From Anaerolineae bacterium (GTDB lineage: Bacteria > Chloroflexota > Anaerolineae > JAKLPW01), in contig JAKLPW010000138.1 of assembly GCA_022013675.1 (NCBI GenBank), forward strand, positions 3,137 to 67,136: a stretch of 64,000 nt of DNA, read 5' to 3'. Of this stretch, positions 61,177 to 64,000 are shown in pieces. The notes beneath the pieces are model-generated. The model was not told the origin of the DNA. It was given only the letters and a program-made list of their open reading frames with translations, and made no database searches. Numbering within the stretch: position 1 is the stretch's first letter; every line of letters begins with the position of its first letter. A program made the translations under genes and the position numbers.

Positions 61177-62442
61177 CTAACTCACCGTGCCTGGAACAGA
61201 TCGTTTGCGGAACTCCCCCCGTGGCACGCGGAAATAGGCCCAGAAAAGCAGTGCGCCCACTACCGATACGCCAGCCGCCCCAAGGAACAGAGCACGGTAA
61301 CCCAGAGCCGCAATGGCGTAGCCCCCGCCCAGGGTCATGGCAGTAATACTCAACCCCACCCCCATCATCATCGCGCCAGACATAGCCAGCCGCCACCGGG
61401 GCGACACCAGCTCCAGACCAAATAGCCTAAAGGGACCAGTCGTCAAGGAGAACAGAACCGTTACGCCCATATAACCGATCCCGGCCGCGCCAGGATGGGG
61501 GATCAGCGCCAAGGGCAACAGACTGAGAGCGATGCCCAGCGAACCCCAGGCAATCACGCGCCTGTTTCCCCACCGCGCCACCAGCATAGGCGTGGCCAGC
61601 GCAACTGGCACCGATACCAGTAGCCCGGCAGCCGACAAAGCGCCGATGAGAACAGTTGACACATGGAGATCATCGTCGAGGTAGACGTTGAAGAAAGTGC
61701 GGGCCGCTACTCGACCAGCCATCCTGAGCACCACCACGATCGTCAGCATGATGATCAGACGATAGGGCATACGTCCACCCTGGGTGCTTTCACCTTTCTC
61801 CTCCTCGGGGGTAACTTCCCGCGTTGACCGCAGGACTAACAGCCCGGGGATGAGCAACACAGAGGCCAGCAACAATGCATAGCCATAGGGTGCAGAATCG
61901 TTCGCAGAAGTGTCCACCATTACCGCAATAACAGACGGCAGCACACCACCTGCCAGGCTGCCAGCAAACCCGGCCAGAGGCGCAAGGGCCACTTGCAACG
62001 AGACGGCAAGACTGCGCTCAGAAGGTCCCGTGGCAGCCATCAGGAACGGCGTCCCATTGACGTAGTAGAGAGTCAACCCGAGATGAGAAAGCACCACGGT
62101 GCCCAGAATCCACGCCATCTGCCACTCGGTGGGCAGAAAATGGGCCAGGGAGTATGCTCCATAGCCGATGGTCATCGCGCCCACTCCGGCGATCAGTGCG
62201 CGGCGGGTGCCCCAACGTTGACCAACAGTACCCGCAGGCAACGAGGAGAAAGCCATGACGAAGGCCCCCACCGCATTGACCAGGCCGATGAACTCCGGAC
62301 CGTAGCCCAAACGCAGCAGGTAGATGTTGAAGAGTACTGTAGCGATTCCATCCACTGTGAACCCGTTCAGGGCAGTGGAGATCAGATAGAGGCGCACGTC
62401 TCGGTCGAACCTGCGCAGATTCTGGCGGTAGTCAGTCAGCAA
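61177..62442 (-). CDS. MFS transporter
   Basis: 421 aa with about 12 hydrophobic segments and a central loop (TREVTPEEEKGESTQGGRMPYR). TTG start. Confidence 0.7.
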   Translation of the reverse strand: MLTDYRQNLRRFDRDVRLYLISTALNGFTVDGIATVLFNIYLLRLGYGPEFIGLVNAVGAFVMAFSSLPAGTVGQRWGTRRALIAGVGAMTIGYGAYSLAHFLPTEWQMAWILGTVVLSHLGLTLYYVNGTPFLMAATGPSERSLAVSLQVALAPLAGFAGSLAGGVLPSVIAVMVDTSANDSAPYGYALLLASVLLIPGLLVLRSTREVTPEEEKGESTQGGRMPYRLIIMLTIVVVLRMAGRVAARTFFNVYLDDDLHVSTVLIGALSAAGLLVSVPVALATPMLVARWGNRRVIAWGSLGIALSLLPLALIPHPGAAGIGYMGVTVLFSLTTGPFRLFGLELVSPRWRLAMSGAMMMGVGLSITAMTLGGGYAIAALGYRALFLGAAGVSVVGALLFWAYFRVPRGEFRKRSVPGTVS

Positions 62443-62605
62443 AGCGAACCCCTTTCATGGAAAGCGTTGAGCGCAGAAGTTATCCAATACTACCGGTGAA
62501 CACCGGACAAGTCAAACCTGGGTAGCACAGCAATTCTCAATATGGCAAAGAGGTGGTAGAATAGGGAGATAAAACATGTAAGCTAGTGAGGAAGGGAGGG
62601 GCAGG

Positions 62606-63910
62606 TTGCGGTTTCGTACGATGTTGAGCATGCTGAGAGAGAGTCTGGCGGGGATACCGGAGCATCGCCAGGGTGAGAACACAAAATACGAGATCACAGA
62701 TGCTGGTTTGGCGGCGTTCGGGGTGTTTTTCATGCAATCACCGTCGTTTCTGGCACATCAGCGAGACATGCAACGACAGAAAGGCCAGAACAATGCCAGC
62801 AGTTTGTTTGAGGTTGAACAGATTCCGAGCGATGGGCAGATTCGCAACTTGCTGGACCCTCTGGATGCAGCGCAATTGGAGGCGGTGTTCTGGGGGATAT
62901 ATGCGAAATTGGATGCAGGAGAGTATCTGGCCGACTATCAGGGTGTCGCGGAGACACGCCTGATCTCGCTGGACGGGACCCAATACTTCTCATCTCAGAA
63001 GGTTCATTGCGACAATTGCCGGGTGACAGTCAAGGATGAGGAGAAGCATTATGCGCACCAGGTGCTCCTGGCGGTCTTGTGTGCGGCAGAGCAAGCCCAT
63101 GTGGTGTGTCTGGAACCGGAGTTTATCACGCCTCAAGATGGGCACAAGAAACAGGACTGTGAGCAGCAAGCGATCAAACGCTGGGTGGAGCGCAATGCTA
63201 GGCGTTTTGAGCCGTGGAGCGTGACGATCTTAACCGATGATCTGCATTGTCACCAGCCCACCTGCGAGTTGCTGCTGAAGCACAATCTGCATTTCATTCT
63301 CACCTGCAAGCCGGAGTCCCATTCGACGCTATATGAAGAACTGCAGCTTCTGGAACGAGTAGAGGGTGCAATTTCGACCAAGACCGTGCGCCGATGGAAT
63401 GGACGTTATCACGAGCGATTGGTCTATCGTTGGGCGGAACAAGTGCCGTTGCGGAAAGGAGCCAAGCCGCTGAGGGTCAATTGGTGTGCCTTGAGGGTGG
63501 TCCGTGAAGATAGCGGCAAGGAGTTATACCACAATGCCTGGGCCACGGATCATGTCCTGAACGAGGCGACTGTCGTGGCGGTTGCCAGGGACGGTCGCAG
63601 TCGTTGGAAGGTGGAGAACGAGGGCATCAATGTGCTCAAGAATCGAGGCTACAACTTTGAACACAACTACGGTCACGGTAAACAGCACCTCTCGACAGTG
63701 CTGTTGACGCTCTTGTTGCTAGCCTTTCTTTTCCATACCGCTCTGGATCTCAGTTGCTTGATGTACCAGGCCGTGCGCCGCGAACTGGGTACCCGACGTA
63801 CCTTTTTCAACGACTTGCGAGCGCTGACCCGTTACCTCTACTTCCTCAGTTGGCAGGCATTGCTCGCCTTCATGCATCACCGGCTCGAATTAGGCCCCGA
63901 GCCTACTTGA
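62606..63910 (+). mobile_element. DDE transposase (IS4-superfamily-like); IS ends not identified
   Basis: LISLDGTQYF, ILTDDLHCH and DGRSRWKVENEGINVLK (YREK-like region). The track start is TTG; ATG at 62621 is possible. No convincing terminal inverted repeats within the window. Confidence 0.65.
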
Positions 63911-64000
63911 GGCACTGATCTTTGATCATTGATGTCGTTTTGCGCCTGCTCACTGAGTAGGTAGGCGTTGCCCCCTGCCCAAGATCGGAGTTCCTGACTC

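Noticed and set aside
1-64000. Anti-phage defence island or prophage content.
   Set aside because: I recognised no helicase, nuclease, methyltransferase, reverse transcriptase, STAND/AAA ATPase, capsid, terminase or integrase motifs in any long ORF. The only defence-like item is the small TA-like pair at 58826-59534.
62500-64000. Terminal inverted repeats for the transposase at 62606-63910 (for example gggaggggcagg at ~62590 against gccccctgccc at ~63968).
   Set aside because: The match is short, G/C-rich and imperfect, and the left copy would lie at the start codon. This is not sufficient to delimit an IS element.

Overview
GC-rich bacterial window. The gene content is reminiscent of Chloroflexota, but I cannot verify that. 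No rRNA, tRNA, CRISPR array or cas genes were seen.

Layout:
- 1-53551 is one uninterrupted minus-strand block.
- 53552-54224 is a repeat-rich divergent control region.
- 54225-58734 is a plus-strand block.
- 58.8-64 kb is a mixed accessory patch: a TA-like pair, NUDIX, GNAT and MFS genes, ending in a DDE transposase.

The main candidate for an undescribed system is a ~41-kb co-directional glycoconjugate super-cluster (1-41407). It contains:
- 11 multi-pass GT-C-like membrane glycosyltransferases: GT39/ArnT-like, GT87/DUF2029-like, YfhO-like, and three unclassified, with obvious in-cluster paralogs.
- 3-4 GT2 enzymes of the polyprenyl-phosphate-sugar synthase type.
- Five radical SAM enzymes: three B12-binding class B and two SPASM/twitch-like.
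- An SxtJ / carbamoyltransferase / DUF5989 module.
- Two SGNH hydrolases, one of them split by a frameshift.
- A CE4 deacetylase, a hexapeptide acyltransferase and an SDR epimerase.

Upstream in transcription (42.8-53.6 kb) lies a second module: an OmpR-type regulator, a ~1400-aa Ig-like-repeat secreted protein, a TPR protein, a BNR propeller and a GAF-PAS histidine kinase. An IS630 remnant separates this module from the glyco-cluster. The plus-strand block carries two GT2 genes and a polyprenyl glycosylphosphotransferase.

Most of the larger intergenic gaps in the glyco-cluster are filled by one of two short repeat families:
- Tandem 25-33-bp units built on the core GGTCTCCCGACC.
- Pairs of 7-1-7 palindromes (AGACTTC-N-GAAGTCT) spaced 82-87 bp apart.

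All product calls come from motif recognition by eye. No database search was run.
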